Positions 34,847 through 45,484 of a stretch of 64,000 nucleotides of DNA are shown piece after piece (position 1 is the first letter of the stretch; every line of letters starts with the position of its first letter). Source of the stretch: Patescibacteria group bacterium (GTDB lineage Bacteria > Patescibacteriota > Kazan-3B-28 > UBA10110); NCBI GenBank assembly GCA_041659905.1, contig JBAZXK010000002.1, positions 30,723 through 94,722 of the forward strand. The letters run 5' to 3'. The position numbers and the translations under genes were made by a program. The notes beneath the pieces were generated by a model that saw only the letters and a program-made list of their open reading frames with translations, made no database searches and was not told the DNA's origin.

Positions 34847-36787
34847 TTAGTCAACGGTAGGGTTAATATCCAATTGATGGGCACCAGGACAAACTTCATC
34901 CCAGCGCGGATCTTCGCAATAAACCCCCTTCCACCCTATATCAACCGTAACGCTAAATAACTGGATACCTAAATCAGTTTCCACATATAAGGCAAAATTA
35001 TCAGCTTGATCCAGCGTAACAGCTCTGACCGGTACAGGATCAGGCGTGTTAATCATAAAATCCAATTTATCCCAGGAAAAAAGAGGAGCTTCCGCGTCAT
35101 TTTGAAATTCACAAGAGAAATTGGTTAATAGACTATTGGACACAAGATCAAATCGTGGAGTAAGAACGGTACCGCTACCAGCTACTATGCCATTGATCAT
35201 CCCTCGAGCCAAGAATATAGAGGTGCAGTTAGCCACAACTATATCCACAGGCGATAACTCCCGATCGCGCACTCGAGGGCTCACCACATACAGATCGGTT
35301 GTTCCATTAGCAGATCGGCTGACAAAATAAATTTTGCCCACCAAGCCTTGGGTGACCCAAAGCGGCGGACAAATTAAATCCACTCCTTTTATCACGCATT
35401 GTTCTGGCTGATCGGCAGATAACGACATAATACGCAACTCGTCACTGCTTTGATAGACTAACCAATCCCCATTCGGTGAAAAGTCGGCGTAATACCCGGA
35501 GGCGATGGCGGTAGCAACGGCATCGGTATCTTTAAGAAGATAGATACCGGATTCATTAGTTACCGTTTGGGTCCAAACTAAGTTAGATCCATCTGAACTA
35601 AATCGCGGGAAGGAACTAACTCCCTCCGTCGAAATAGTTGTCAGAGACTGCCAAGCTGCATCAGCCAAAATCAGTTGGCCGTTCAAAACATAGGCAAATC
35701 TTGCCTCAGCCAAAGGTTGAGCAGAAAAAATACTAATCTCAGGCAGAGATGGAATACTGGAATCTTCTGGAAATTCTGGTGCCAGATGCAACACCCGATC
35801 TAAATGTTCGAGAGTGGCTTGATCCAAATCCCTCGCTCCTTGGCCGGTTAGTAAATCGTAATGATTATAATCCGGCCAAATCCGATAGTACCTACCTGTT
35901 CCCCAGAGCGCAGAAGCCACAGGGACAACCCCATCGCTTTCGTGGCACCAATCTTCTTCGTAGCCACTGGGAAATTGGCAATCAGTTGTGTAATCCCAAA
36001 CGGAGTGCTGAATTAACAGAGCCGCCAGTTTAGCTGCTTCCCTTGTGGGTTGCTGATGATTCAACCGTGTACTGTAGCCCATAATTAGGTTAGCTGAAAT
36101 GTGCCGAGAATTAAGGGGGTCAATTCGGCCAGCAAACATAGCCAAGTCGCTTTTGGCCTCACAGTCCTCAAAATAAAGAGGTTGGAGAAATTCCGTGCTT
36201 AGCACTTCTGAGTCGAACACAGAAATCGCATATTCCTGTAGATCGTTGGGAACAACTTCTTGAATAGCGGCATTACGCACATCGGGATGCGCCAAGGGTG
36301 TGGAGAGTAAAGGCGCTCCCAAAAGAACACCTCCACTAATCAGCCCTTCGTAATTTTGATCCAGCAACCAAGCCACGACTCCGCCCTCGCTATAAGCGAC
36401 GACGGCAATCTGGCTACTAGAGAGTTCGGCATTAGCGCGAATGGCAGCTGCCAGGTCTGCAGCAATCTGATCAACTGGTTGCTGAGAATTATACTCATAC
36501 AACCAAAATTTGGCCAACTTTGATGTTCGACAGCCAAATTGTTCCTCGCCCAACAGGTCGAGGTTATCTAGCTTAAAAGAAAACAGCTCTTCCAAAGTGG
36601 CTTGATCCGGCACAATTCCCCGACGCCCGTGGATGAAAAGAATCACCTTCGGCGCCGAATGAGCTGGCTGACGCGACCAAAGATATAACCCCGGCACGCC
36701 AGATGTGGCAGAATTATTTCCGTCACAACCAAACAACAGTCCTAAACTTAGGCTGCAAATCCAAAACCAGCACCTCATATAGATCAC
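34847..36787 (-). CDS. lipoprotein with alpha/beta-hydrolase (esterase/lipase-like) domain and C-terminal TolB-like beta-propeller
   Basis: Lipobox LLFGC. GxSxG-like AYSEGG nucleophile elbow. C-terminal repeated FS.DGS..V/FSPNGDWLVY propeller blades. Confidence 0.55.
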   Translation of the reverse strand: MIYMRCWFWICSLSLGLLFGCDGNNSATSGVPGLYLWSRQPAHSAPKVILFIHGRRGIVPDQATLEELFSFKLDNLDLLGEEQFGCRTSKLAKFWLYEYNSQQPVDQIAADLAAAIRANAELSSSQIAVVAYSEGGVVAWLLDQNYEGLISGGVLLGAPLLSTPLAHPDVRNAAIQEVVPNDLQEYAISVFDSEVLSTEFLQPLYFEDCEAKSDLAMFAGRIDPLNSRHISANLIMGYSTRLNHQQPTREAAKLAALLIQHSVWDYTTDCQFPSGYEEDWCHESDGVVPVASALWGTGRYYRIWPDYNHYDLLTGQGARDLDQATLEHLDRVLHLAPEFPEDSSIPSLPEISIFSAQPLAEARFAYVLNGQLILADAAWQSLTTISTEGVSSFPRFSSDGSNLVWTQTVTNESGIYLLKDTDAVATAIASGYYADFSPNGDWLVYQSSDELRIMSLSADQPEQCVIKGVDLICPPLWVTQGLVGKIYFVSRSANGTTDLYVVSPRVRDRELSPVDIVVANCTSIFLARGMINGIVAGSGTVLTPRFDLVSNSLLTNFSCEFQNDAEAPLFSWDKLDFMINTPDPVPVRAVTLDQADNFALYVETDLGIQLFSVTVDIGWKGVYCEDPRWDEVCPGAHQLDINPTVD

Positions 36788-36811
36788 CTCCTTTCAGGTT
36801 ATCAAGGTACT

Positions 36812-39800
36812 CTAGGCTAACACTGTCTCGAGCTCTTGTTCGAGCTCTTTAACTTGGGCAGTTTTTGTCGTCGTCTTGAGTTTTTGCCACTGCCCTTGGG
36901 CAAAAACTTCTAACTCTACGTTAACCCCGCCGGGATATTTTTCCAATATTCCTTTCAGGGTCTTTAATTTCTCTCCATCAAAACCGCGCGGGACTTTAAT
37001 TAATAGATTATCCCCTCTAAATTGAAACGGGCGTAGAGTTGGGACCGGTATTTCGGTAATTAAAGGTGTTTGCAATAATTGAGCCAGATATTCATCAGTA
37101 ATTTCTACCAGACTATCCGCCACCAATTTAGCTTCGCTATGAACAATCAATTCGTCCCCTTCTTCCGACACTCGATCCTTAACATTGACTTTGCCTTCGA
37201 CTAATAAAATCTTGTCTGTCTTCAACAACTCTCCGTGACTATTCATCAGGTTCGGAAAAATAATAACTTCCAGGCTGCCGCTTAATTCTTCCAATCGCAT
37301 AAAAGCCATCGGCTCGCGATTGCGCGTATTCACTTTTTGTACTTTAGTAACAATTCCCGCCACTTTGATTTTTTTATTGTCCGAAGAATTGTTTAAAGAA
37401 TTTATTTCCTTGAATCTGCCTTTTAGCTTAGGCATCATTTCTTTTAAGGGGTGTTTGGACACAAAGGTGCCCAAGAGTTCTTTTTCCCAAGCCAGTCTTT
37501 CTCTTTCGGTAGATAATTCGCTGTCTCGCAAACTGAAAGTGGGTTTTTGCATTATTTCTTCCCCAAAAATACCGATCTGATTTAGGCTGTGATCTTTATG
37601 CACACTGCTCACAAAATCTACCATGGTGTCCACATTATTGAGCAATTGTTTGCGGTCACCAAAATCTTCTAAAGCCCCGGCTTTAGCTAATGACTCTAAA
37701 ACTTTTTTGTTTAAGCCTTCTTTGGGCACGCGCGTGAGAAAATCAGTTAAACTAGCATAACCACCCTTCTGTTGACGCTCTTCCTCAATAATTTCCGAGA
37801 CTTTGCGACCAACATTTTTAATCACATTGAGCCCAAACCGGATATTGCCAGTTTCTTTCACTACCGCAAAATCTATAAAGCTTTCATTCACTGACGGTGG
37901 CAACACTTTAATGCCGAAGCGCTCGGCTTCCGCAATATCTTTAGCCACTTTGTCTAAATCAGTTTGGTCGGAAGTGAGCAAGGCCGCTAAGAATTCATTG
38001 GGATAATGCACTTTTAGATAAGCGGTCCAATAAGCAATCACTGCGTAAGAGGCCGCGTGCGCTTTGTTGAAACCATAATCGGCAAACGGCTTCACGAATT
38101 CAAACAACTGCTCGGCAACTTTGTGATCAATGCCATTATCCACAGCTCCTTTAACAAACTTCATCTGCTGTTCAAACAACATCTCTTTTTTCTTTTTGCC
38201 GATCGCCTTGCGCAACACATCAGCTTCTCCCAAACTAAACCCACACAGATCTCGAGCAATTTGTAATACCTGTTCCTGATATACAGCAATCCCATAAGTT
38301 GCTTTGAGAATCGGTTCCAACTTAGGATGTAAATACTCAATTTTTTTCCGCCCATGCTTCCGATCAATAAAATCCGGGATGAGCGATATGGGGCCGGGCC
38401 GGTACAGCGCTACCATAGCAATTAAGTCACCCAAAACGGAAGGCTTTAATTCTTGAAGATTACGCCGCATCCCTTCACTTTCAAATTGGAATACACCCAC
38501 GGTTTCACCGCGGCTTAATAAATTATAGGTAGCCGCGTCATTGAATAGGATTTGTTCAATAATAATATGTTCTTCTCTGGTCTTCCGAATAATACGCAAA
38601 GCATTTTTGATAATAGTGAGGTTCTTTAATCCCAAAAAATCAATTTTCAAAAGCCCGAGTTTTTCAATGGGCCCCATCGAGTATTGGGTAACTAAGGACA
38701 CTTCCCCTTTCACGGCTCTCTGTAAAGGGGCGTAATTAACCAGTTCCTTGTCCCCAATTACCACTCCCGCCGCATGTGTAGAAGTATGTCGCACTACTCC
38801 TTCTAGCTTCTTGGATAGATCAATTAAGCGCTTTATTTTCGGGTCCGCATTATAAAGTTTTTTTAGTTCATCGACTGCCGCCACGGCTTCGTCCAAGCTT
38901 AAACCAAACGGAATCAACTTAGCAATATGATCAACGTCGTTATAAACAAACCCCAATACCCGTCCGGTGTCCCGGATGGCCGCTCGTGAGGCCATAGTAC
39001 CAAAAGTAACAATTTGCGCCACGCGATTTTCACCATATTTTTCCACCACATAGCGGATAACTTCCTCCCGTCTGTCATCGGCAAAATCGATATCAAAATC
39101 TGGCATGCTGATACGTTCCGGATTTAAGAACCGTTCGAAAAATAAACCATATTCCAACGGGTTGAGGTCGGTAATATACAGCACATACGACACCATGCTG
39201 GCCGCTCCGCTTCCTCGTCCCGGACCCACTACCACGCCATGGTCCCTGGCCCACCTGATTAAGTCTTCGACTACCAAAAAATATGATTCGTAATTCATTT
39301 GATTGATCACGCCCAACTCGTACGTAATGCGATCTAAAATATCCTGAGTAGGATGATCGCCAAATCTTTTATTAATACCGATTCTCACTAATTTATCCAG
39401 ATACTCTTTGTCGGAGGTTTCGCCGGAAGGTAAATCAAATTTTGGTAGAATGATTTTCCCTAATTCTAATTTCACATTGCATTTCTCGGCAATTTTTTCT
39501 GTATTCTCAACTGCTTCCGGTACATCCAAAAAGGCTGCTTTAACCACGTCGGGATGTTTAAAATCAAACACATCGGCATGCATATTAAAACGGTTTTCAT
39601 CGGCCAGCAGCGCCCCTGTTTGCACACACAGAAGCACATCTTGCGCCTCAGCATCTTCCGGCCGCAGATAATGCGCATCACAAGTAGCTACCAGCGGGAT
39701 GTGCAACTCTTTGGCAATAGTCTTGATGGCCGCATTGGCTTTAATTTGTTCGGGCATACTAAATGGCATCACTTCCAGGTAATAATCTTCACCAAACAGA

Positions 39801-40285
39801 CCTTTGTGCCACTGGGCAATCTTCTTAGCATCTTCTAACCGATCTTCTAAAATAGCCTGGGAAACTTCTCCGGCCAGGCACCCTGACATAGCCACTAACC
39901 CTTCCGCATGTTGCGCCAAAAAATCATGGTCAATCCGGGGACGGTAATAATAGCCATCGACATGGGCTTTGGTAGTGATAGTTAGAAGATTGAGATAGCC
40001 AGTGTAGTTTTTGGCCAGGAGAGTGAGATGAAAATAACCTTTTCTGCCTGGAGTAGCAACTTTCTCTTCCAAACTTCCTTTAGCCATATAAACCTCGCAA
40101 CCCAAAATTGGCTTGATCCCGGCTTTTTGGCATTCCATATAAAACTCGATAATGCCATACATCACCCCGTGATCGGTCAATGCCAAAGCCGTGGCGCCTT
40201 GGGCTTTCGCAGCAGCTACCAAATCTGGAATCTTAGTTAAGCCATCCAGTAGGCTGTAATGACTGTGTACATGTAAATGGATCAA
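36812..40285 (-). CDS. dnaE: DNA polymerase III alpha subunit
   Basis: PHP domain start MIHLHVHSHYSLLDG, then palm/fingers and OB domain. 1157 aa. Confidence 0.9.
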   Translation of the reverse strand: MIHLHVHSHYSLLDGLTKIPDLVAAAKAQGATALALTDHGVMYGIIEFYMECQKAGIKPILGCEVYMAKGSLEEKVATPGRKGYFHLTLLAKNYTGYLNLLTITTKAHVDGYYYRPRIDHDFLAQHAEGLVAMSGCLAGEVSQAILEDRLEDAKKIAQWHKGLFGEDYYLEVMPFSMPEQIKANAAIKTIAKELHIPLVATCDAHYLRPEDAEAQDVLLCVQTGALLADENRFNMHADVFDFKHPDVVKAAFLDVPEAVENTEKIAEKCNVKLELGKIILPKFDLPSGETSDKEYLDKLVRIGINKRFGDHPTQDILDRITYELGVINQMNYESYFLVVEDLIRWARDHGVVVGPGRGSGAASMVSYVLYITDLNPLEYGLFFERFLNPERISMPDFDIDFADDRREEVIRYVVEKYGENRVAQIVTFGTMASRAAIRDTGRVLGFVYNDVDHIAKLIPFGLSLDEAVAAVDELKKLYNADPKIKRLIDLSKKLEGVVRHTSTHAAGVVIGDKELVNYAPLQRAVKGEVSLVTQYSMGPIEKLGLLKIDFLGLKNLTIIKNALRIIRKTREEHIIIEQILFNDAATYNLLSRGETVGVFQFESEGMRRNLQELKPSVLGDLIAMVALYRPGPISLIPDFIDRKHGRKKIEYLHPKLEPILKATYGIAVYQEQVLQIARDLCGFSLGEADVLRKAIGKKKKEMLFEQQMKFVKGAVDNGIDHKVAEQLFEFVKPFADYGFNKAHAASYAVIAYWTAYLKVHYPNEFLAALLTSDQTDLDKVAKDIAEAERFGIKVLPPSVNESFIDFAVVKETGNIRFGLNVIKNVGRKVSEIIEEERQQKGGYASLTDFLTRVPKEGLNKKVLESLAKAGALEDFGDRKQLLNNVDTMVDFVSSVHKDHSLNQIGIFGEEIMQKPTFSLRDSELSTERERLAWEKELLGTFVSKHPLKEMMPKLKGRFKEINSLNNSSDNKKIKVAGIVTKVQKVNTRNREPMAFMRLEELSGSLEVIIFPNLMNSHGELLKTDKILLVEGKVNVKDRVSEEGDELIVHSEAKLVADSLVEITDEYLAQLLQTPLITEIPVPTLRPFQFRGDNLLIKVPRGFDGEKLKTLKGILEKYPGGVNVELEVFAQGQWQKLKTTTKTAQVKELEQELETVLA

Positions 40286-40353
40286 TTTTCCTCCTACCCT
40301 AAAACTACGCTCCGACGTACTTTTTATTCTAACAAATTAATCACTTCTCCGCC

Positions 40354-41001
40354 CTACCGCTTGCGCCGCTCAAAGAATAACCAGCTAACCAAAACAACAA
40401 CTAAGATTGCCCCTAAAACAATGACAAATCCCCAAGCCCAAGTAAGAATAAACTGGGTAATCCCCACGGCAATACCAACTAAATATTGGCCCCAAGTTGT
40501 TCCGGACAAAAACCAAACCCCGATCAAAAAAATCAGGATACCCAGAAAGATATCCCGAATTAAATGTGGATGTGATTCGCTAAAATAGACCAGCTCGTTA
40601 ATAAATACCTGCCAACTGCTTTTCTCGCGATAATCTTTGCCCATCATATCCAAGATGGATCGAAGATAGATAGCCGTAGCCTCTTGGGCTGTTTTTAAAT
40701 CCGTGAAAAATCCTGGTACTTCTACAATATCCTCGTAAACTTTGCGTGCTTCCAACAATCCTTTCATATTCGAGAAAAGATTGGCTGAATTTTGGATTGC
40801 CTCATTCACCGTTTCGCCAAAACTAATAATCCCCAACACCTCCCGAAATAGTTTATCGGCTTCCACTATCGCCATATTTAAGGAAGCTTGGTGTTTCTGA
40901 GCCAACAATTTCTCGATGCGATCCCACTCTTTCTCGATAATTATTTCTTCTTGTTCAATCTCTTGTTCGGGAGAGGATTGATCTATGATGTCGTCTTCCA
41001 T
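40354..41001 (-). CDS. hypothetical membrane protein
   Basis: Acidic N-terminus and 3 C-terminal TM helices. 215 aa. Confidence 0.5.
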   Translation of the reverse strand: MEDDIIDQSSPEQEIEQEEIIIEKEWDRIEKLLAQKHQASLNMAIVEADKLFREVLGIISFGETVNEAIQNSANLFSNMKGLLEARKVYEDIVEVPGFFTDLKTAQEATAIYLRSILDMMGKDYREKSSWQVFINELVYFSESHPHLIRDIFLGILIFLIGVWFLSGTTWGQYLVGIAVGITQFILTWAWGFVIVLGAILVVVLVSWLFFERRKR

Positions 41002-41003
41002 GT

Positions 41004-43445
41004 TTAGTAGAAATTAATAATTTTATCCGGTACAAACTTATACTGCGACTTTTCTGCAAAACCAGCCAGTTTAGCGTCTTGCTTGAGTAAGTTGATCACC
41101 ACGGCTTCATCGGCTCCCGCAGGAACCTCCAGACTCCCCCGTTTTTTCCCTTGTTCTTGGACAATGATAATCACTTTATCTAACTTGGCCTTAGCCGGGT
41201 CTGCTCCGGGCCATTTAGCCTTAAATACGCTATCTGGTTTCTTTAGTATGTTTTGCCAGAGTTCCTCCGCCAAATGCGGTGCAAACGGGGCTAGTAAAAT
41301 TACAAAGTCTTCTAGCCAATTAGTACTTGCACCATCTTCGATAGCACTATTCACAAAGATCATAAAAGCGCTCACCGCTGTATTGAAATGAAATTCTTCG
41401 ATATCACCGGTAATTTTTATGATCAGACGATGGAGGTCGCCCTCTTTGCTATTATCTTGAGATAATTTTACCCTTTCCTGGACTAAGCGGTAAACCCGGT
41501 CTAGAAATTTCTTAATTCCCTCGATCCCGGCAGTGCTCCAGGGCTTGGCCTGGTCAAACGGACCCATAAACATTTCGTACATCCGGAGAGCATCAGCGCC
41601 AAATCCTTCCACCACTTCATCGGGATTTATCACATTGCCTTTAGATTTGCTCATTTTTTCGCCATTTTCCCCCAAAATCATGCCTTGATGGCGCAACTTT
41701 AAGAAAGGTTCATTAAAATCGATATAGCCCAGTTTATGTAAAACTTTGGTGATAAATCTGGCGAAAATTAAATGGCCCGTAGCGTGTTCCGCTCCTCCCA
41801 CATAAACATCCACCGGTAGCCAATGTGCGAGCTCCTCTTTGCCGGTAAACTCTTTGGCATTTTTAGGATCTGCGTAGCGCAAATAATACCACGACGAGCA
41901 CACGAAAGTGTCTAGGGTATCGTATTCGCGCCGTACCGCTTCCGGATATCCAACTGGCAGTTTTTTAAATGCTTCCGAATAAGTTAAAGGCGACTCTCCG
42001 GTCGGACGAAATTCCACATCAGTCGGGAGCATTACCGGTAAATCTTTCTCTTTAACAGGAATCGGCTGATCATTTTTGTCATACAGAATGGGAATGGGCG
42101 CTCCCCAATAGCGTTGACGGCTTATTAGCCAATCCCGCAACCGATATTTAACGGTAATCTTGCCTTGTCCTTTCTCTTCTAACCACTCCATAATTCTTTG
42201 AGTAGCTTCGTGGATAGGCAAACCATTAAGAAATTCTGAATTGATCATGGTTCCATTCTTTTCTTGTACTTGCTCGGCACGTTCAATAGGAGAAATATCG
42301 CCATCTGTACCTATAACAACACGCACAATAGGTAAATCGAATTCTTTAGCGAATTCAAAATCCCGCATATCGTGACCAGGAACACCCACTACAGCTCCGG
42401 TACCAAAGCCGGCTAAGACAAAATCAGAAACCCAGATCGGAAGACGTTTGTTATTAAGGTTATTGATCGCGAAGAAGCCCGTGAATACACCTGTTTTCTT
42501 TTTACCTTCTTCCAGACGCTCAAGTTCTGTTTTAGAAAGCGCTTGTTGATAATAATCTCGAACTGCCTGGACATATGATTCACCCTGAGGAATAATTTCC
42601 TCATCCATAACTTTTTTAACCAACGGGTGTTCGGGCGCTAACACTACAAATGTGGCGCCAAAGTTAGTATCTGGCCTAGTCGTAAAGCACACTATCGTTT
42701 CGTTGGTTCCTTCAATTGGATAGGTGATATCGATACCCTGTTTCTTTCCGATCCAATTGCGTTGAATTTCCTTGGTACTGTCTGGCCAATCCAATTTGTC
42801 TAATCCGTTTAACAAATCCTCGGCAAAATCAGTGATCTTAAAGAACCATTGTTTGCGTTTTTCTTGCACTACGGCGGTACCGCAGCGCTCGCAGCAGCCC
42901 CCCACTACCTGCTCATTGGCCAGTACGGTTTTGTCATTCGGACACCAATTTACAAATGCTTCTTTTTGATAAGCTAAACCATTTTTATATAGTTCCAGAA
43001 ACAGCCATTGAGTCCATTTGTAATACTCGGGATCGGAGGTAACTACCTGTCGACTCCAATCATAAGAAAACCCGAGCATATTGAGCTGTTCTTTGAACCG
43101 TTGAATATTTTTAGCTGTATTTTCGGCTGGCGGAATGCCTTTTTTGATGGCCGCGTTTTCCGCCGGCAATCCAAAAGCATCAAACCCCATCGGATGTAAT
43201 ACATTAAAACCCTTCAGTCGATAATAGTGGCTGGTAATGTCGCTGGCGATATACCCTTCCGGATGTCCTACATGCAGACCCTCGCCGGAAGGATATGGAA
43301 ACATATCCAAAACATATTTTTTTTCGCCGGTTTCATTAGTCGCAAAAATTTTATGTTTTTCCCAATATGCCTGCCATTTGGCATCTAATTTTTGGTGATC
43401 GTATTTCTCTTTTATCTCTGCCATACTATTAAATAATACCCCCAT
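41004..43445 (-). CDS. leuS: leucyl-tRNA synthetase
   Basis: HVGHPEGY (HIGH) and KMSKS motifs with editing and anticodon-binding domains. The likely start is the Met at 43424 (MAEIKEKY). Confidence 0.9.
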   Translation of the reverse strand: MGVLFNSMAEIKEKYDHQKLDAKWQAYWEKHKIFATNETGEKKYVLDMFPYPSGEGLHVGHPEGYIASDITSHYYRLKGFNVLHPMGFDAFGLPAENAAIKKGIPPAENTAKNIQRFKEQLNMLGFSYDWSRQVVTSDPEYYKWTQWLFLELYKNGLAYQKEAFVNWCPNDKTVLANEQVVGGCCERCGTAVVQEKRKQWFFKITDFAEDLLNGLDKLDWPDSTKEIQRNWIGKKQGIDITYPIEGTNETIVCFTTRPDTNFGATFVVLAPEHPLVKKVMDEEIIPQGESYVQAVRDYYQQALSKTELERLEEGKKKTGVFTGFFAINNLNNKRLPIWVSDFVLAGFGTGAVVGVPGHDMRDFEFAKEFDLPIVRVVIGTDGDISPIERAEQVQEKNGTMINSEFLNGLPIHEATQRIMEWLEEKGQGKITVKYRLRDWLISRQRYWGAPIPILYDKNDQPIPVKEKDLPVMLPTDVEFRPTGESPLTYSEAFKKLPVGYPEAVRREYDTLDTFVCSSWYYLRYADPKNAKEFTGKEELAHWLPVDVYVGGAEHATGHLIFARFITKVLHKLGYIDFNEPFLKLRHQGMILGENGEKMSKSKGNVINPDEVVEGFGADALRMYEMFMGPFDQAKPWSTAGIEGIKKFLDRVYRLVQERVKLSQDNSKEGDLHRLIIKITGDIEEFHFNTAVSAFMIFVNSAIEDGASTNWLEDFVILLAPFAPHLAEELWQNILKKPDSVFKAKWPGADPAKAKLDKVIIIVQEQGKKRGSLEVPAGADEAVVINLLKQDAKLAGFAEKSQYKFVPDKIINFY

Positions 43446-43489
43446 AGGAGCAGTTTAATTTTAACACAAACCTGATTCGGTGCTGGATG

Positions 43490-43520
43490 ATAAAAAACAA
43501 CCCCGCGAAATGCGGGGTTG
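43490..43520 (-). terminator. Rho-independent terminator after purB
   Basis: Stem AACCCCGC-GAAAT-GCGGGGTT followed on the minus strand by UUGUUUUUUA. Confidence 0.65.
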
Positions 43521-43545
43521 GGTGGACTGTTTTAACCGAATGGGT

Positions 43546-44925
43546 TTAGGCGAGCAAGCGTTTCTGCCAATTGCGGCACACTTTTCCGGCTTTATCAGGA
43601 GCAATACCGATATATTGTGTGGGGTCAGAGATAATACTCCTCTGATGCTGTGTCATATCTTTGAAATAAGGCTCCACTTCCGGATCAGCCAAAGCCACTG
43701 CCTCAAGTGTACTGCGGTTTTGTTGGGCGATGAGTGTGAGCTGTCTGACTTTTTCATGGGCATCAGGATGACCAAGATAAGACAGAATAATATAGAGCGG
43801 TTCGGCAGCGCCGAGGTTTCGGCTCATAGCTAAATTCCGATCCATATTCCCCTTATTCACTCGCATTTTCGCCATTGTGTTAGATAATCGATCGGCCATC
43901 GCAACTACATAGGCGATAGTTTCACCATTGATGCGAGCTGATGCTGAATTGGTGAGATCTCGCTGGTGTTCACTGATCTGATCCATAAACACAGTGATAA
44001 TCCGAGCCACCACAATTTTCCAACAGCTCTTTACATTCTCGAAATTGATGGGATTCTGCTTTTGAGGCATAGTTGATGACCCAACCTGATCGCTTTGGAA
44101 CTCTTCACCGATTTCACCAATTTCGGAACGTTGGAGGTGGCGCATGTCATCAGACAGATTAGCCATAATGCCGGCAGCAATAGTGACTTCGGTCATGAGA
44201 CGAATTAAGCCCTCTGGAGGCACCACCTGAGTGGAGCACTCCGCTGGCAATAAGTCCATTTCCGCCAACACCTCGGTCTCAAATTGTTCTGGATCATCGA
44301 AAAATAATCCAGATGCATTGTAGGCCCCGACTGCTCCAGAGAACTTCCCTCTCAACGCTTTGGCTCGATCTTTTAACATCTCTATACACTCGCCTAAACG
44401 AGAGACATAGGACGTAATAGCAAAGCCAAAGGTAATCGGGTTGGCATGTTGGCCGTGAGTCCGGCCGATTTGGCGAACATTAGCGGTTTCCAGCGCTAAA
44501 GTCATCAGCACCTGCTCAAGTTTAACCAGAGATGGTACCAGCACATTCATGACTACGTCGCGATACCGAGCAGCATTAGCTGTGTCCGAGATATCAAACG
44601 AAGTAGCCGTCATGTGAACAAATCGTTTAATTGTATCAGCGATCCACTTCCGGATGCAGTTGACCAGTGCTCGAATGTCGTGACCAATTCGCTTTTCTTC
44701 AGCGTAAACATCTGGTGCAGTCACTTTGTCGCAAGCAGACTTAACCTGATCAACTGCTTCGGGAGGGCAGATCTTCCAGCGACAGAGTACCGTGATAAGA
44801 GCCAGTTCTACCAAAAGTTTATATTTGATAAAGGCTCTCTCAGACAGATATTCCGCCACCTTCTGTTTCCAATACCGATAATCGATCGGGGAAATATTGT
44901 CATATATGTCCCATTGACCGTCCAT
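43546..44925 (-). CDS. purB: adenylosuccinate lyase
   Basis: Fumarate-lyase signature GSSTMPQKQNP and the N-terminal ISPIDYRY motif typical of adenylosuccinate lyase. Confidence 0.8.
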   Translation of the reverse strand: MDGQWDIYDNISPIDYRYWKQKVAEYLSERAFIKYKLLVELALITVLCRWKICPPEAVDQVKSACDKVTAPDVYAEEKRIGHDIRALVNCIRKWIADTIKRFVHMTATSFDISDTANAARYRDVVMNVLVPSLVKLEQVLMTLALETANVRQIGRTHGQHANPITFGFAITSYVSRLGECIEMLKDRAKALRGKFSGAVGAYNASGLFFDDPEQFETEVLAEMDLLPAECSTQVVPPEGLIRLMTEVTIAAGIMANLSDDMRHLQRSEIGEIGEEFQSDQVGSSTMPQKQNPINFENVKSCWKIVVARIITVFMDQISEHQRDLTNSASARINGETIAYVVAMADRLSNTMAKMRVNKGNMDRNLAMSRNLGAAEPLYIILSYLGHPDAHEKVRQLTLIAQQNRSTLEAVALADPEVEPYFKDMTQHQRSIISDPTQYIGIAPDKAGKVCRNWQKRLLA

Positions 44926-45107
44926 AATGAATTCCTCCTCGGAATTTAATTTGAGTTAATTTGAAAAGGACACTACAGCCAATCTGGAGTAGTGATAGTT
45001 TATTATAGCAAACTCAGCGATGTCTTCTAGATATGCCGTTTGTCACAACTATTTTACAGGCCTCCTGGTAGAAAGGAATATTTCTTATTAAAAATGTCTT
45101 TTTTGTT

Positions 45108-45133
45108 GGTATCACAGTACGTACTGTGATACC
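45108..45133. promoter_or_regulatory. perfect 26-bp palindrome GGTATCACAGTAC|GTACTGTGATACC (candidate operator)
   Basis: Perfect 13-bp inverted-repeat arms with no adjacent U-tract, so it is not a terminator. It lies about 185 bp upstream of purB, between purB and tRNA-Ala. Confidence 0.35.
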
Positions 45134-45233
45134 GTAGGATAAATTCAACGGCTCACGAGTGAACCTCTCCCCGGCTCTCACCCGATACTTTCACCAAAAA
45201 CACAAAAAACTCCCTCACAGGAATTTTCCGTTT

Positions 45234-45310
<77 letters not shown>

Positions 45311-45322
45311 ATATGATAATTT

Positions 45323-45430
45323 TACTGGAGATCCTGAATCATAATTAGATCCTTCGACTCCGGAACGTCTGACGTTCCTCCGCTCAGGATGACAAAGCAA
45401 GGAAGACTTTGTCAGTTCAGGATGACGGAG
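45323..45430. repeat. cluster of hairpin-TGACR miniature repeats upstream of MBL gene
   Basis: TACTGGAGATCCTGAATC...CTCAGGATGACAaagcaaggaagactttGTCAGTTCAGGATGACGG. Shares the CTGGAGATCCTGAA segment with 22249. Confidence 0.45.
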
Positions 45431-45484
45431 GGATCGTTCATACAATAGCTGACAATCTCTATCTTATCAAGCTATACTAGGGAT

